Shown: positions 19,701-28,422, numbered from the stretch's first letter. The stretch is 64,000 bases of DNA from Waddliaceae bacterium (GCA_963724325.1 CAVRUH010000001.1:544001-608000), one strand, 5' to 3'. Notes: generated by a model not told the origin, from the letters alone. Numbers and translations are program-made.

Positions 19701-20711
19701 CTCTCCCAAATGGGAAAAGGACTGTTTTCAGATGTCAAAATTTTTGACGCTGCAAAAAAGGAAATCATAGCCCTATTCTCCGATTGCGAATCCTATCGCA
19801 TATCCTGGAATGATGTTTTCATTGGAGCCTATCCCAATCCTGTCCCAGCTTTGACTGCAAAAATCGCAAAGTATTTATCCTCTTTAACCAGCCTAAAAGG
19901 GTTGCTCGATAAATATCCTGTCGGAGACATGCGACGTTCCTACGCCTTGGATGCAATCACCTTTTTTATCAGCCGTATCGGCGAATTGACAAAACATATT
20001 GAATTAGGCTCAAAGCCTTTTCAATCACTACGCAATGAAATTATTCACCAACTTGAGAATGTCGATCATGATCGTGAAACATTGCATGCCAAATGCCTCT
20101 CTTTACTAGATAGGCTAACAACATTTAAAATTCCTCAAGTCGTTTTAGAAGCAAAATGGGAGCCAAGCATCAATAAGAGCTTCTGCTACAATGCCAAATT
20201 GATCGCAAAGCTATTGCGCTGGCGCACTGCTGAGCTAAATAGTCCCAACAAGAAAATCATTGTCCTCGACCCAGTTAAATTATCGGACTTGCAAAAAGTT
20301 GTGGTAACAAACAAGGATGGCTCCATAACATTTATTCCTTTAATGCTCGGAAACCAAAAATATGCATGCTTAGTCCTTAATTTTGAAAATCAAAAAGCCA
20401 AAGTAGTGGATTATGTCACTATCAATGGAGCCACGGACGTAATATCCGAAGAAATCCAAGCTTTCACCAAACCCTTTGGCACAGTTAGAAAGGCTGCTAC
20501 GGAAGAAAAAAAGGAAACAACACCAGAAGACCACGGACCTCTTTTAGTCGAACGCCTACACCGTAAAGCCCAGGAAATTACCCAGGGAAAACAGGACAAA
20601 ATAGAATCAACTTTCCAAATGCGCAAGCGTCACCTTCACCTAGCATTTGCTGCCGGAAATGTGCAACTCTATCTAAAACAATTCCTGCTCAGAGGCATAC
20701 AAAAGCCCTAA
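16776..20711 (+). CDS. Large ankyrin-repeat protein, paralogue 4
   Basis: Same architecture; RNEIIH at 20031-20048; lacks the terminal QDKQGHCIK of copies 1-3. Confidence 0.85.
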   Translation: MNSHVNPNANVSNELFGPNLMKVLQNKLIPILDDQSILNLSLCSRIINEYTSSEKILRRVKRLGLEIRDNNNQGIDFGLCLLKCAELGNVIIIKKLNENKINFNVCNNNESNVLHIAACFGHFDLVKFLCEEHPYLLTEKNLNGWTPLFLAAAKGHEKIVVYLVDKYPEALQISDKAGDTPLHLAIINNHLNIVSILYEKYTSEQLLQNKSEFSLLQYPISLDNVNMCRILCSKFTKLLQQQDRNGFTPLHTAVLLKKKEFVTLLCDKYPEALQIKDSVGRTPLRIAAELGEEEIVTYLFDKRPEELTTKDVNGYTPFDLAVQKNNISLIVFLCVHSKGVLTDLSDEIVARLSSQKSEIDKELTLYTHRMRFLKWSNAIDFKNKEFIKIVLAKFVEVDDQGHFFSIVFSFENMVLLFNPVFALLSESRKETDELLVKVLKKMVIFKANGQSISRSEVETHHMMLLAGSSGFNEVVRYLFKERKIDPYEKVLKGQNVVQLLINKNSEKFPEREIVELMDILDVKLGHANDIFGEKYDPRLCNDNKYRSFRRYIFVKAAKHLNKIFQKKQLHDHWISKQCIFNNTLYCLDFKDVEIAKLFLMKQYLESKNIESKICQENDSSILRISDLSSCQNIMALEQEQFSKDYSSLSELWSILTKFPSLFCSLHWQYIGENLCIDLPGDIVPVQLMIAHIASQKKCKMPFDIRESSLTCTPALIDDFIQSETYFISQDFERWDKLVRIIIKDKIVDADALDKKLQLLEGERIEKEKAEREEREKAGKRVVLKAKKQPPSISNKSMPVKKKAAEAPKKPTKQKKNQTAPIPAKSETIYLSMPSRDAREAPVVAVSSIDYGQASEQAYYPKKIEDSRSNQTNTPLELLLSENLAKTQEVHECFKRLFELSRPEIDCDPLIVNGAALFNKMRVDLACDTLSADSPIRNLCSYGLDKHPRDSWSHDYFPDPEASVFPLKTDGAIFETLSQMGKGLFSDVKIFDAAKKEIIALFSDCESYRISWNDVFIGAYPNPVPALTAKIAKYLSSLTSLKGLLDKYPVGDMRRSYALDAITFFISRIGELTKHIELGSKPFQSLRNEIIHQLENVDHDRETLHAKCLSLLDRLTTFKIPQVVLEAKWEPSINKSFCYNAKLIAKLLRWRTAELNSPNKKIIVLDPVKLSDLQKVVVTNKDGSITFIPLMLGNQKYACLVLNFENQKAKVVDYVTINGATDVISEEIQAFTKPFGTVRKAATEEKKETTPEDHGPLLVERLHRKAQEITQGKQDKIESTFQMRKRHLHLAFAAGNVQLYLKQFLLRGIQKP

Positions 20712-20718
20712 AATAATA

Positions 20719-21705
20719 CTATAATCCGAGCCAATGAAGGGCCATTGTAGTCATGTATGCAATTCCTGCCGAAAAAGGAAAAGTGATGATCCATGCAGAA
20801 AATATTTGGGTAGTCACACCCCAACGGACTGCCGAAAGGCGTCGAGTAGATCCTACACCCATAATTGCAAAATTAATTGTATGCGTTGTGCTTAAAGGAA
20901 TACCAAGGCGCGAGGCCAGCTCAATTATGCTCGCAGCCCCCATTTCTGCAGCAAATCCCTGGGAGGTGTCCAAATGGGTAATCCTAAATCCCACCGTTTT
21001 TAATATCCTCCATCCTCCTATTAATGTTCCAAAACCGATCGTTATTGCGCATAAGAGCATAACCCACACCGGAACATAAAACGTAGGTATGACTCCTTTA
21101 ACCACTAAAGCCAATGCAAATGCACCCATAAGCTTTTGACCATCATTTGAGCCATGACTGAAAGACATAAATGCTGCAGAAAGTATCTGTAAAAAACGAA
21201 ATAACCCTTTAACTTTTCGAAGACTTGCTTTGCGAAAGATCCAATAAATTGCTGTCATAACTGAGCATCCTCCTAAAAAACCAAATAAAGAAGATAGTAA
21301 AAGCCCAAGTAAAACCTTGCTCCAGCCAGACCACACTAAGCCGTCAATCCCACCGGTAGCAAAACCAGCTCCGGTCAAACCCGCAATTAATGCATGACTT
21401 TTGCTCACAGGCATTCCCCAACGAGCATTCAGAACACCCCAGAGAATAAGACTAAGCATTGCAGCTCCAACTGTTGTTAAGCTGACTACATCGCTTTTAA
21501 TAAATCCTGTACCTATAGTGTTGGCCACCGCGGTCCCCGAAAGTGCTCCCAAAGTATTAAAAATACCTGCCATGATAACAGCCTGGAGCGGGGTAAGGGC
21601 TTGTGTAGATACGCTAGTAGCAATCGAGTTGGGAGCATCTGTCCACCCATTAACAAACTCAGCTGCCAAAATTAATCCTAGTACTATCAGAAGTGGTACA
21701 TCCAT
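20719..21705 (-). CDS. pit: Inorganic phosphate transporter, PiT family
   Basis: NGWTDAPNSIAT and HGSNDGQK signature motifs, PVSKSH/PLSTTH; multiple TM helices; paired with DUF47. Confidence 0.92.
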   Translation of the reverse strand: MDVPLLIVLGLILAAEFVNGWTDAPNSIATSVSTQALTPLQAVIMAGIFNTLGALSGTAVANTIGTGFIKSDVVSLTTVGAAMLSLILWGVLNARWGMPVSKSHALIAGLTGAGFATGGIDGLVWSGWSKVLLGLLLSSLFGFLGGCSVMTAIYWIFRKASLRKVKGLFRFLQILSAAFMSFSHGSNDGQKLMGAFALALVVKGVIPTFYVPVWVMLLCAITIGFGTLIGGWRILKTVGFRITHLDTSQGFAAEMGAASIIELASRLGIPLSTTHTINFAIMGVGSTRRLSAVRWGVTTQIFSAWIITFPFSAGIAYMTTMALHWLGL

Positions 21706-21708
21706 CTA

Positions 21709-22344
21709 TTATCCGTATTTGACTACCGTTGCTTCAATGGTATTGGCAATATCTTCACACATATCAATAACCTCTTCAACAAGATCGTAAATTTCTTTCC
21801 ACTTAATCACTTCCAACGGATTAGTTTCACTCTGGAAAAGATTGAGAATCGCTTTTTCCGAAAGTCGATCCCCAGTATTTTCCAGGCGGTTTATTTCGAT
21901 GCAGTAATCAAGGATCCTTTGAGGTCGCTTCAGATTTCGAATGCTTGAAACAGCTTTAACGACCACAGAAACAGACTCATTAAAAATTGTCGCAAGCTCA
22001 CAGAGTTCAGGAGTACTTTTCTCAATGCCAAACAGGTCCATTCTAACGATAATTTTGTGAGCCGTATCAATGACATCATCAAGTTGTTTAGCAAGAATAT
22101 GGATATCCTCTCGATCAATTGGAGTGATGAAAGTTCTGTTAAGTTTATCGAGAATTTCGTGCGTAGTCATGTCGCATTCGTGCTCAAGTTCCTTCATCTG
22201 GGCCACACCAGAATGATTTCGTTTCCAACTGTTGCAGATTTCTAAAAAAAGAACCGCACCTTTTTGGACCCCTTTGGCATGTTCCTCCAAAAGGTCAAAG
22301 AATTTTTCTTCCCGCGGAATAAATGAAAATGGCATCGCATTCAC
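21709..22344 (-). CDS. DUF47 family (PhoU-like) phosphate transport regulator
   Basis: LEHECD...LNRTFITPIDREDI and LENTGD motifs; upstream of pit; likely start ATG at 22335. Confidence 0.9.
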   Translation of the reverse strand: MNAMPFSFIPREEKFFDLLEEHAKGVQKGAVLFLEICNSWKRNHSGVAQMKELEHECDMTTHEILDKLNRTFITPIDREDIHILAKQLDDVIDTAHKIIVRMDLFGIEKSTPELCELATIFNESVSVVVKAVSSIRNLKRPQRILDYCIEINRLENTGDRLSEKAILNLFQSETNPLEVIKWKEIYDLVEEVIDMCEDIANTIEATVVKYG

Positions 22345-22500
22345 TAATGTAAAATTTTATTTTCAATCTATAGAAAATTTTATTAGTTTGCAATAACAAT
22401 CGGCTCTAACAACATTTTTTTATAGACACTCAATTCAAGTTTTTGGTATAAGCAATTGCATTAACTTTTCCGGGATCCCAAAAAGACAGAGACAAATAAT

Positions 22501-22761
22501 ATGACTACAGAATATTTGATGCAAATTGCGAATGCGATATTTAGCTCATACACAACATGGATACTATTTTTCGTACTCGTTTTAATTCCGTTACTATCCA
22601 AAAGTTTTATGGACTATTTGTCTGATGTCCTACTTTCTTTTGATATTACCTTAACCGATAGGCAGAAAAAACAATGTTCAAGATTTGTAAAATTAATTTT
22701 TTTAAACGTTTTCGTTGCTTCTATTTTTTTCTATGCTATTGTATCTTTTATTAATCTGTAG
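22501..22761 (+). CDS. Small hypothetical membrane protein (paralogue A)
   Basis: 86 aa, two hydrophobic segments; paralogous to the next gene (TTW..LIPL.SK...LL.FDI.LTD.Q.K.CS). Confidence 0.65.
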   Translation: MTTEYLMQIANAIFSSYTTWILFFVLVLIPLLSKSFMDYLSDVLLSFDITLTDRQKKQCSRFVKLIFLNVFVASIFFYAIVSFINL

Positions 22762-22775
22762 CTGTAGCTAATGAT

Positions 22776-23041
22776 ATGACCCAAGAATCTTTTTCACAAC
22801 TCACATACATAGTACTTACGTCGAGAACAACGTGGTTTTTTTCTACACGTGCATTTTGATTCCGCTTATGTCAAAATTTATTGCGAACCGTTTAGCTAAT
22901 ACCCTACTAACTTTTGATATCAATTTAACAGATATTCAAAGAAAAAAATGTTCAAACCTCTTTGCGATCATTTTTGTATTTTTTTCAATATGCTATGTTT
23001 TTTTGTATTACTACCTTCGGCTTACAAACCTAAAGCCCTGA
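22776..23041 (+). pseudogene. Small hypothetical membrane protein (paralogue B), frameshifted in a T7 tract
   Basis: ATG at 22776 gives MTQESFSQLTYIVLTSRTTW, then a shift at the T7 run (22836-22842); one extra T restores colinearity with paralogue A. Confidence 0.65.
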
Positions 23042-23223
23042 AGTTTTTACAGCTAAGCAGATTTTCTGTGGTATTGATTAATAAAATGACATTATTTCTT
23101 CATTTTTTGTGCATTATGACAAAAAAATGAACATATTTTAGTGATTTGTGCACTTTTTCCTAAGGTATCAGTTCCTCTATTACCCAAAAATGTGAAAATT
23201 AAAAAAAATAGTTAACATTTTTC

Positions 23224-23251
23224 TTGCTAATAATCTTTAAAAAAATAGAAT
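23224..23251 (+). promoter_or_regulatory. Putative sigma66/sigma70 promoter
   Basis: TTGCTA-16 nt-TAGAAT upstream of an AAGGAG RBS and the ATG at 23299. Confidence 0.5.
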
Positions 23252-23298
23252 GAAGTTAACGAGCTTATATTATAAGCCGACAATTAAAGGAGAATAAA

Positions 23299-24186
23299 AT
23301 GTCAAGATTAGCAATAAGCAGGTCAACAAAGACCTCTAAGAAAAAAAAGAGTCCAGAAAGAAAATTCACATCATATAAAAAATCACCTGAAACTGCACAT
23401 AATAACATCTACGCCAGTTCAATTGACAATTTTTTGAATAATCTCAAAAAAATTGCAAAACATAGAACTTCCACAATAGGATCCAAAGATCCAATAGCAA
23501 AAAAATTAAATAATTACGCAAGCAACACCAGATCACAGATAAGAAAATCAAATATCGTGAATCCATACCTTGCTAAATGCCTCAATGACATCCACTACTC
23601 AATCAGAGGCATCAAGAGCGTTCCAAATAATGTGAAAGCTCAAATCCCAAGAATCTTCCAAACTTTACGTCAAGGTGTACATAAAGATGTTATGCTCTTT
23701 TTGGGTACTATAAACAGAATAGTCAGATCAATGACCATAGAATGCGCAAAGTGGGAAACACATTTCGAAAAATGCTACGAAAATGCAAAAAAAGGGACTT
23801 CAAGGTATACCTTAGACCACGCAGCAAAACGTCAAATGATTTCATGGCAACATTCCATTGCGAAATTTAAAACAAAATGGAATCAAAAGTTCAATTTACT
23901 AGCCAATTATGCCAACCCTCAAGTGCGCGCATCATTGAAAACGCTAAAAACTGAGCTGGAAAATCTCCACAAAGCAATACAAAAAAATCGACTCCATTCC
24001 CGTGCAGCATTGCGCGCTAGTGCAGCGAAAAAAGTGGCCGGAAAGAAAGCACAGGCCTTAGTCACAAAAGCAGATTGGAAGAGCTTCCAAAACAGCATAG
24101 CAAAAAAACAAAAGCAAATTGAAAATACTCGTCATTCAATGACAAATTTTCATGATCAGCTTAAAACAATCAAAGCTTGCTGCTAG
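23299..24186 (+). CDS. Highly basic hypothetical protein
   Basis: 295-aa ORF with AAGGAG RBS and its own terminator; Lys/Arg/Ser-rich, predicted helical; no family recognised. Confidence 0.75.
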   Translation: MSRLAISRSTKTSKKKKSPERKFTSYKKSPETAHNNIYASSIDNFLNNLKKIAKHRTSTIGSKDPIAKKLNNYASNTRSQIRKSNIVNPYLAKCLNDIHYSIRGIKSVPNNVKAQIPRIFQTLRQGVHKDVMLFLGTINRIVRSMTIECAKWETHFEKCYENAKKGTSRYTLDHAAKRQMISWQHSIAKFKTKWNQKFNLLANYANPQVRASLKTLKTELENLHKAIQKNRLHSRAALRASAAKKVAGKKAQALVTKADWKSFQNSIAKKQKQIENTRHSMTNFHDQLKTIKACC

Positions 24187-24196
24187 TTTCCACAAT

Positions 24197-24228
24197 ACCC
24201 GCCATCCTCGATGGCGGGTTTATTTTTT
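24197..24228. terminator. Intrinsic terminator between convergent genes
   Basis: ACCCGCCATC-CTC-GATGGCGGGT hairpin followed by a T-rich run. Confidence 0.8.
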
Positions 24229-24444
24229 ATTGAACGATCCACATTGCGGACACCTAGTCAATTCATTGACGATCCCATCCAAATAAGTATGCAGACAATA
24301 TTCGCAGACAAATAATTTTTTTTCGACAACAATAATCTTCTTCTTCCTCGCCACAAAATGATGATACACCCAAATGCCAAACAACGTACCCAACGTCAGA
24401 CACAAATATAACATCAATGCTGTAGTCGGATTCAACTCAATCAT
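24220..24444 (-). CDS. Small membrane-anchored Zn-ribbon protein
   Basis: N-terminal TM helix plus CEYC...CPQC; last gene of the TPR-ExbB-ExbD operon. Confidence 0.7.
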   Translation of the reverse strand: MIELNPTTALMLYLCLTLGTLFGIWVYHHFVARKKKIIVVEKKLFVCEYCLHTYLDGIVNELTRCPQCGSFNKK

Positions 24445-24791
24445 GGTTCCCCCGGATCAAATGAAATATTGTCGCTACTTGGAATTTCCGGTAATCTTGG
24501 TGTTGTAAATGGAGGTTTTGATATCTGTATCACAGACTCCTCATTTTCCGCAGAAGCAAAGACAAGACCCGTCGTCTTTTGCGAGGTGTCCGCCCTAACT
24601 ATAACAGGGGAGAGCACCGTATTAACCATAGCAAGCCTAAAAGGGGTTACCTGAAAAACAACCCACCCCCCAATATGCAACCCCAAAGCAATCCCAAAAG
24701 CAGTCAAAAACACCGAGTTAAGCAGCTTCTCCTTCCCTCTTAAACTAATGCTAACTTCCCGATTTCTAGATTTTCGCTCAAATCGCAACAT
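24441..24791 (-). CDS. Hypothetical single-TM protein (possible TonB/TolA-like anchor fragment)
   Basis: One TM helix with LGLH motif, then a Pro-rich tail; translationally coupled within the operon. Confidence 0.55.
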   Translation of the reverse strand: MLRFERKSRNREVSISLRGKEKLLNSVFLTAFGIALGLHIGGWVVFQVTPFRLAMVNTVLSPVIVRADTSQKTTGLVFASAENEESVIQISKPPFTTPRLPEIPSSDNISFDPGEP

Positions 24792-24793
24792 AA

Positions 24794-25240
24794 TTAAAAA
24801 TACTGACTCTTGTTTGTGTCTAATGGCTTATAAACTAGGCGAAGATTCGTCCCACAATCCTGACAAATAGAAAATAGTTTTAAAAAATCCCCATACTCAA
24901 CCCGACGATCAACACTCAAAACAATTGTAGGCTCAACTCCATGATGCAGAGACTTTAATTTTATAATTTCCCTCTGAAGATTCTCCTTCAAAGTGACTAA
25001 ATCAACAATAGATTTTTTTGATCCAATATAAATGACATTTTGCGCATCCATCACCACAATAAGCTGCGTCGTAAGAGGAAGTGAATCCTTGTCTATCGGT
25101 GGATTTTCAATATTTAACGACTTCAAAGGCAAAATATCCGAAGTGACAATAAAAAAAATAAGCATCAAAAACACCACGTCAACAAGAGGTGTTAAATCAA
25201 TCAAACTTCCCGTAGGCTTTAAACTAGTTTTGAAATTCAT
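24794..25240 (-). CDS. exbD: Biopolymer transporter ExbD/TolR family
   Basis: IDLTPLVDVVFLMLIFF motif. Confidence 0.9.
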   Translation of the reverse strand: MNFKTSLKPTGSLIDLTPLVDVVFLMLIFFIVTSDILPLKSLNIENPPIDKDSLPLTTQLIVVMDAQNVIYIGSKKSIVDLVTLKENLQREIIKLKSLHHGVEPTIVLSVDRRVEYGDFLKLFSICQDCGTNLRLVYKPLDTNKSQYF

Positions 25241-25859
25241 CTTCTCTATTCACCAACAAATCAATAATTTCAGAAGAGGTCGTCTGGATTTCCAAAACAA
25301 ACCCCTCAATCCTGCTAACAATATAGTTATATGCCAAAATAGAGGGTATCGCAACAACAAGACCAGCCGCGGTCGTCACAAGAGCATATTCCATCGCTTC
25401 TCCAATCCGAGTGGCTGAAATATCCACTAATCCACTCATCCTCATCTCAGAAAAGGCCTGAATAAATCCCAAAACGGTCCCCAATAATCCAATCAAAGGG
25501 GCAATATGCGCAATAATCGATAAAATTTTAGCATTTTTCTCCAAATGAGCTATCTCAATCAATCCTGACATCTCCATAGCACTTTCAATCTGTTCCTTGC
25601 TCCGATTATGCTTGAGTAATCCAGCCTTCACAATGTTTGAAATCGTCCCACCCGTATTATCGCAAACTTGGACGGCTTCAACCAAATTTCCTTCGTTAAT
25701 AACCTTTCGCAGGGCTATCACAAAACTATTCGTATCAATTTCAGATTTTCTCAAATGAAGAAACCTTTCAATGAATATTGTAAAACTAATGAGGGAACAT
25801 GCGCCAATCACCAGAAGAATAATGTTCCAATTAGAATTATACTGAAAAATACTACTCAT
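25224..25859 (-). CDS. exbB: MotA/TolQ/ExbB proton channel protein
   Basis: APLIGLLGTVLG and EYALVTTAAGLVVAIP motifs; ATG at 25859. Confidence 0.9.
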   Translation of the reverse strand: MSSIFQYNSNWNIILLVIGACSLISFTIFIERFLHLRKSEIDTNSFVIALRKVINEGNLVEAVQVCDNTGGTISNIVKAGLLKHNRSKEQIESAMEMSGLIEIAHLEKNAKILSIIAHIAPLIGLLGTVLGFIQAFSEMRMSGLVDISATRIGEAMEYALVTTAAGLVVAIPSILAYNYIVSRIEGFVLEIQTTSSEIIDLLVNREDEFQN

Positions 25860-27699
25860 GATCTCTCTCCATCTTTTGTTTTGCTTGTAATTGTTTTCTC
25901 GCAAGTTCGTGGCGTCCCTGCATTTCGTAAATTTCAGCTCTCAGATTCATCGCTTTCAATCTTAAACTAGATACTGCATTATAATTTGCCACGCGCGATA
26001 AAACTAACATACTGGCGTCCAAATTTCCCAATTGACGATAACAATGACTTTGCTGAATCCATAAATCAAGTAACTCGTCCGCGTTCAACTCAATAGACTT
26101 CGCTGTTTCCTCAGCTCGGACAAAATACTCCAATGCCTCCTTCGGCCTTCCCTGCTTCAAAGCTATCGCCCCCCTTTCATGCCAGAAACGAGAAATATAA
26201 TATCCCTCAAGAGTATTAGAAGCATCGTATTTCCTAAACATTGTGTCAATAATCTGCTCCGCAGCATCGTCACTATTTTCACTTAAGTAACTTTTCACCA
26301 ATAAATACGCACTTTCTTCAAAAACCAATGTACTTGACAAACTCTGAAGAACCTTTTCAGCCTCAGCTGTCCTATCCATACAAAGAAGAATTTTCGCCTT
26401 TTCTAAAGACGCTTTGTCCGATAATTCTCGGAAATACGCCCTCCCCTTCGGAGAATCCCCACATCTTTGAAAGAACTCTAAAGCAGACTCCAAATCTCCC
26501 TGCTGCCTGCTTTTATATCCCAGAAGATAATTTGCTACGACACAATAATCACTATCAGGAAATTTTGCAGATAATTGGTACAAATGTCCAGCTGATTCAC
26601 TGTCTTCCTTTAAATAACTTTCAAAAGAATAATACCGAAAATATGCCTCATCTGCAAGCGAGGATTCAGGATGATTCGTAAAAAGCTGCTCTAAATATTT
26701 TTTCCCCTTTTCTCCGGTTTCACAAACCGAAAGCCACATCAAGGCCTCTGCGGCCTCAGACGAAGTTGAAAAAGTCTTTACTAACTTCTCAAAAACTAAA
26801 GCAGCTTCAGAACTTTTTTGCCGTTTCATATACAAAATCCCAAGAGCCTTCATACTGTCCGGCGCCCATCTCCCATACGGATAACTTTCTAAACCACTCA
26901 AAAATGATCTTTCTGCAATCTCCCCAAATGGTTCCCCAATACCCTCCTCAAATAATCGAGCTGCCACCAGCCCCCTAAGGTAATAATTTTCTCCCATATT
27001 GCCCGAATTTTCCTGCACCAAAAGATTCAATTCTGACAAAGCCTTTAATAATCCCTCTCGTGTGTTTTGCCGAACCAATGCCTCAGCTTTGTATTTTCTG
27101 CAATTAACCCCATATTGAATAGCCAAATCAAAAGCCCCTACAGCCTCCGTCAAATTTGCTCGCTGACAGTATAACTCATTTAAACCACGCAAGAACCATC
27201 CTCTTCCATAATAAGGACTCGATCGATTAGTCGGGGCTGTGACCTTCAAATAATAACTATTTCTTGTCGCATAATCCGAAAAACTACTGGCCATCAATAG
27301 GTTCAAATAATCCGTTTCCCCCATCTCGCTAATCAATTTCCTCCCTTTTTCAATGATATGCTCATCTCGCATCGTCGTACCCCAAATCAAATACAATCTC
27401 GCTAAGTCCAATTGCAACCCACCTAAATATATCTGCTCCGATTTCATAAAATACTGCAACTGCGTCTGCTCATGATTTTTAGCTCCAAGAGCCAATTCTA
27501 AGTAACACTTTCCAAGTTTGCCCCGAACTCCTTCCCGATCCTCGGACAATGACTCCTCATAGTAAACTGCCGCTTTGGCAAACTCATTTTGAGAAAAAAA
27601 CACCTCAGCACGATCAAATGCACCTTCAACATTTGCCGAAATAATCCCTAAAACAGGCCAAAATAATGCTATTGAGAAATACACTACCTTCATAGTCAT
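25852..27699 (-). CDS. Exported tetratricopeptide-repeat protein
   Basis: Signal peptide; repeated TPR-like helical pairs (YfiO/CpoB-like 'YP.S..A.EA'). Confidence 0.8.
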   Translation of the reverse strand: MTMKVVYFSIALFWPVLGIISANVEGAFDRAEVFFSQNEFAKAAVYYEESLSEDREGVRGKLGKCYLELALGAKNHEQTQLQYFMKSEQIYLGGLQLDLARLYLIWGTTMRDEHIIEKGRKLISEMGETDYLNLLMASSFSDYATRNSYYLKVTAPTNRSSPYYGRGWFLRGLNELYCQRANLTEAVGAFDLAIQYGVNCRKYKAEALVRQNTREGLLKALSELNLLVQENSGNMGENYYLRGLVAARLFEEGIGEPFGEIAERSFLSGLESYPYGRWAPDSMKALGILYMKRQKSSEAALVFEKLVKTFSTSSEAAEALMWLSVCETGEKGKKYLEQLFTNHPESSLADEAYFRYYSFESYLKEDSESAGHLYQLSAKFPDSDYCVVANYLLGYKSRQQGDLESALEFFQRCGDSPKGRAYFRELSDKASLEKAKILLCMDRTAEAEKVLQSLSSTLVFEESAYLLVKSYLSENSDDAAEQIIDTMFRKYDASNTLEGYYISRFWHERGAIALKQGRPKEALEYFVRAEETAKSIELNADELLDLWIQQSHCYRQLGNLDASMLVLSRVANYNAVSSLRLKAMNLRAEIYEMQGRHELARKQLQAKQKMERDHE

Positions 27700-27967
27700 A
27701 CATTGTGCCAGTTACAAACTTTGATTGCAAAATCTGAAAAATCGACAAAAAAGAATAAAAATTTTTTCAATCAAAAAAAATGCAATAAAATTAAGTGAAA
27801 ATGCCTCCAAAATATATGTAAAGATGGTTTCTGTTATGGACTCTAAACTCAATTTTTTGAAAATACTAGAAAATATTTTGCTTCAGATCAAAAAAATTGT
27901 TGCACAATATTACCAAAAGCAACTATTTAATAAATTGTCATGAAACTCAAAAAGGAGGAAAATAATC

Positions 27968-28390
27968 ATGGCTTTGAAGAACACAATAACCCAATTGAAG
28001 GGTCTTCTGGCAAATGTAACACACGATCTAGAAAAATCTGATCGTGGAAATAAGGCTGCATCACAAAGAGTCCGCACCGGAACAATCAAGCTTGAAAAAG
28101 TAGCTAAAATTTTCCGCAAGGAATCTGTACAACATGATAAGTCAACAAAAGGCCGCAAAAAAGCAGCCCCAAAAGCAAAAGCTAAAGCTAAAGCTGCTCC
28201 AAAAGCAAAAGCAAAAGCAAAAGCTGCACCTAAGAAAAAAGCCGCTGCTAAGAAAAAAGCTCCTGCAAAGAAGCCAGCTGCAAAAAAAACAGCTAAAAAA
28301 GTCGCCAAAAAAGCCGGTTCCTCAGCAATGTCTTTCAAAAGAAAGCGTTCAGCTAAGCTACCAGCAAAAAAAAGCGCCGCACGTAAATAA
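27968..28390 (+). CDS. hctA: Histone H1-like protein Hc1
   Basis: MALK..., GNKAASQRVRTGTIKLEK N-terminus typical of chlamydial Hc1; Lys/Ala-rich tail; GGAGG RBS. Confidence 0.93.
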   Translation: MALKNTITQLKGLLANVTHDLEKSDRGNKAASQRVRTGTIKLEKVAKIFRKESVQHDKSTKGRKKAAPKAKAKAKAAPKAKAKAKAAPKKKAAAKKKAPAKKPAAKKTAKKVAKKAGSSAMSFKRKRSAKLPAKKSAARK

Positions 28391-28396
28391 TTTCCT

Positions 28397-28422
28397 AAGG
28401 GGGCAATTCGCCCCCTTTTTTT
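28397..28422 (+). terminator. Intrinsic terminator after hctA
   Basis: AAGGGGGC-AATTC-GCCCCCTT followed by T run. Confidence 0.8.

Larger units (their letters stand above)
4567..20711 (+). repeat. Tandem gene array of four ~4.0-4.1 kb units
   Basis: Near-identical DNA from about 5920, 9995, 14000 and 18055 to each stop codon; the AT-rich upstream region is shared by copies 1 and 2 (4567-4640 vs 8645-8717), and a shorter one by copies 3 and 4. Confidence 0.95.

Noticed and set aside
4638..20711. Diversity-generating retroelement as the source of ankyrin variation
   Set aside because: No reverse transcriptase or template repeat is visible; variation covers more than 1 kb at the N-terminus and includes indels
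27910..28338. 142-aa Ala/Phe-rich minus-strand ORF
   Set aside because: Antisense shadow of hctA
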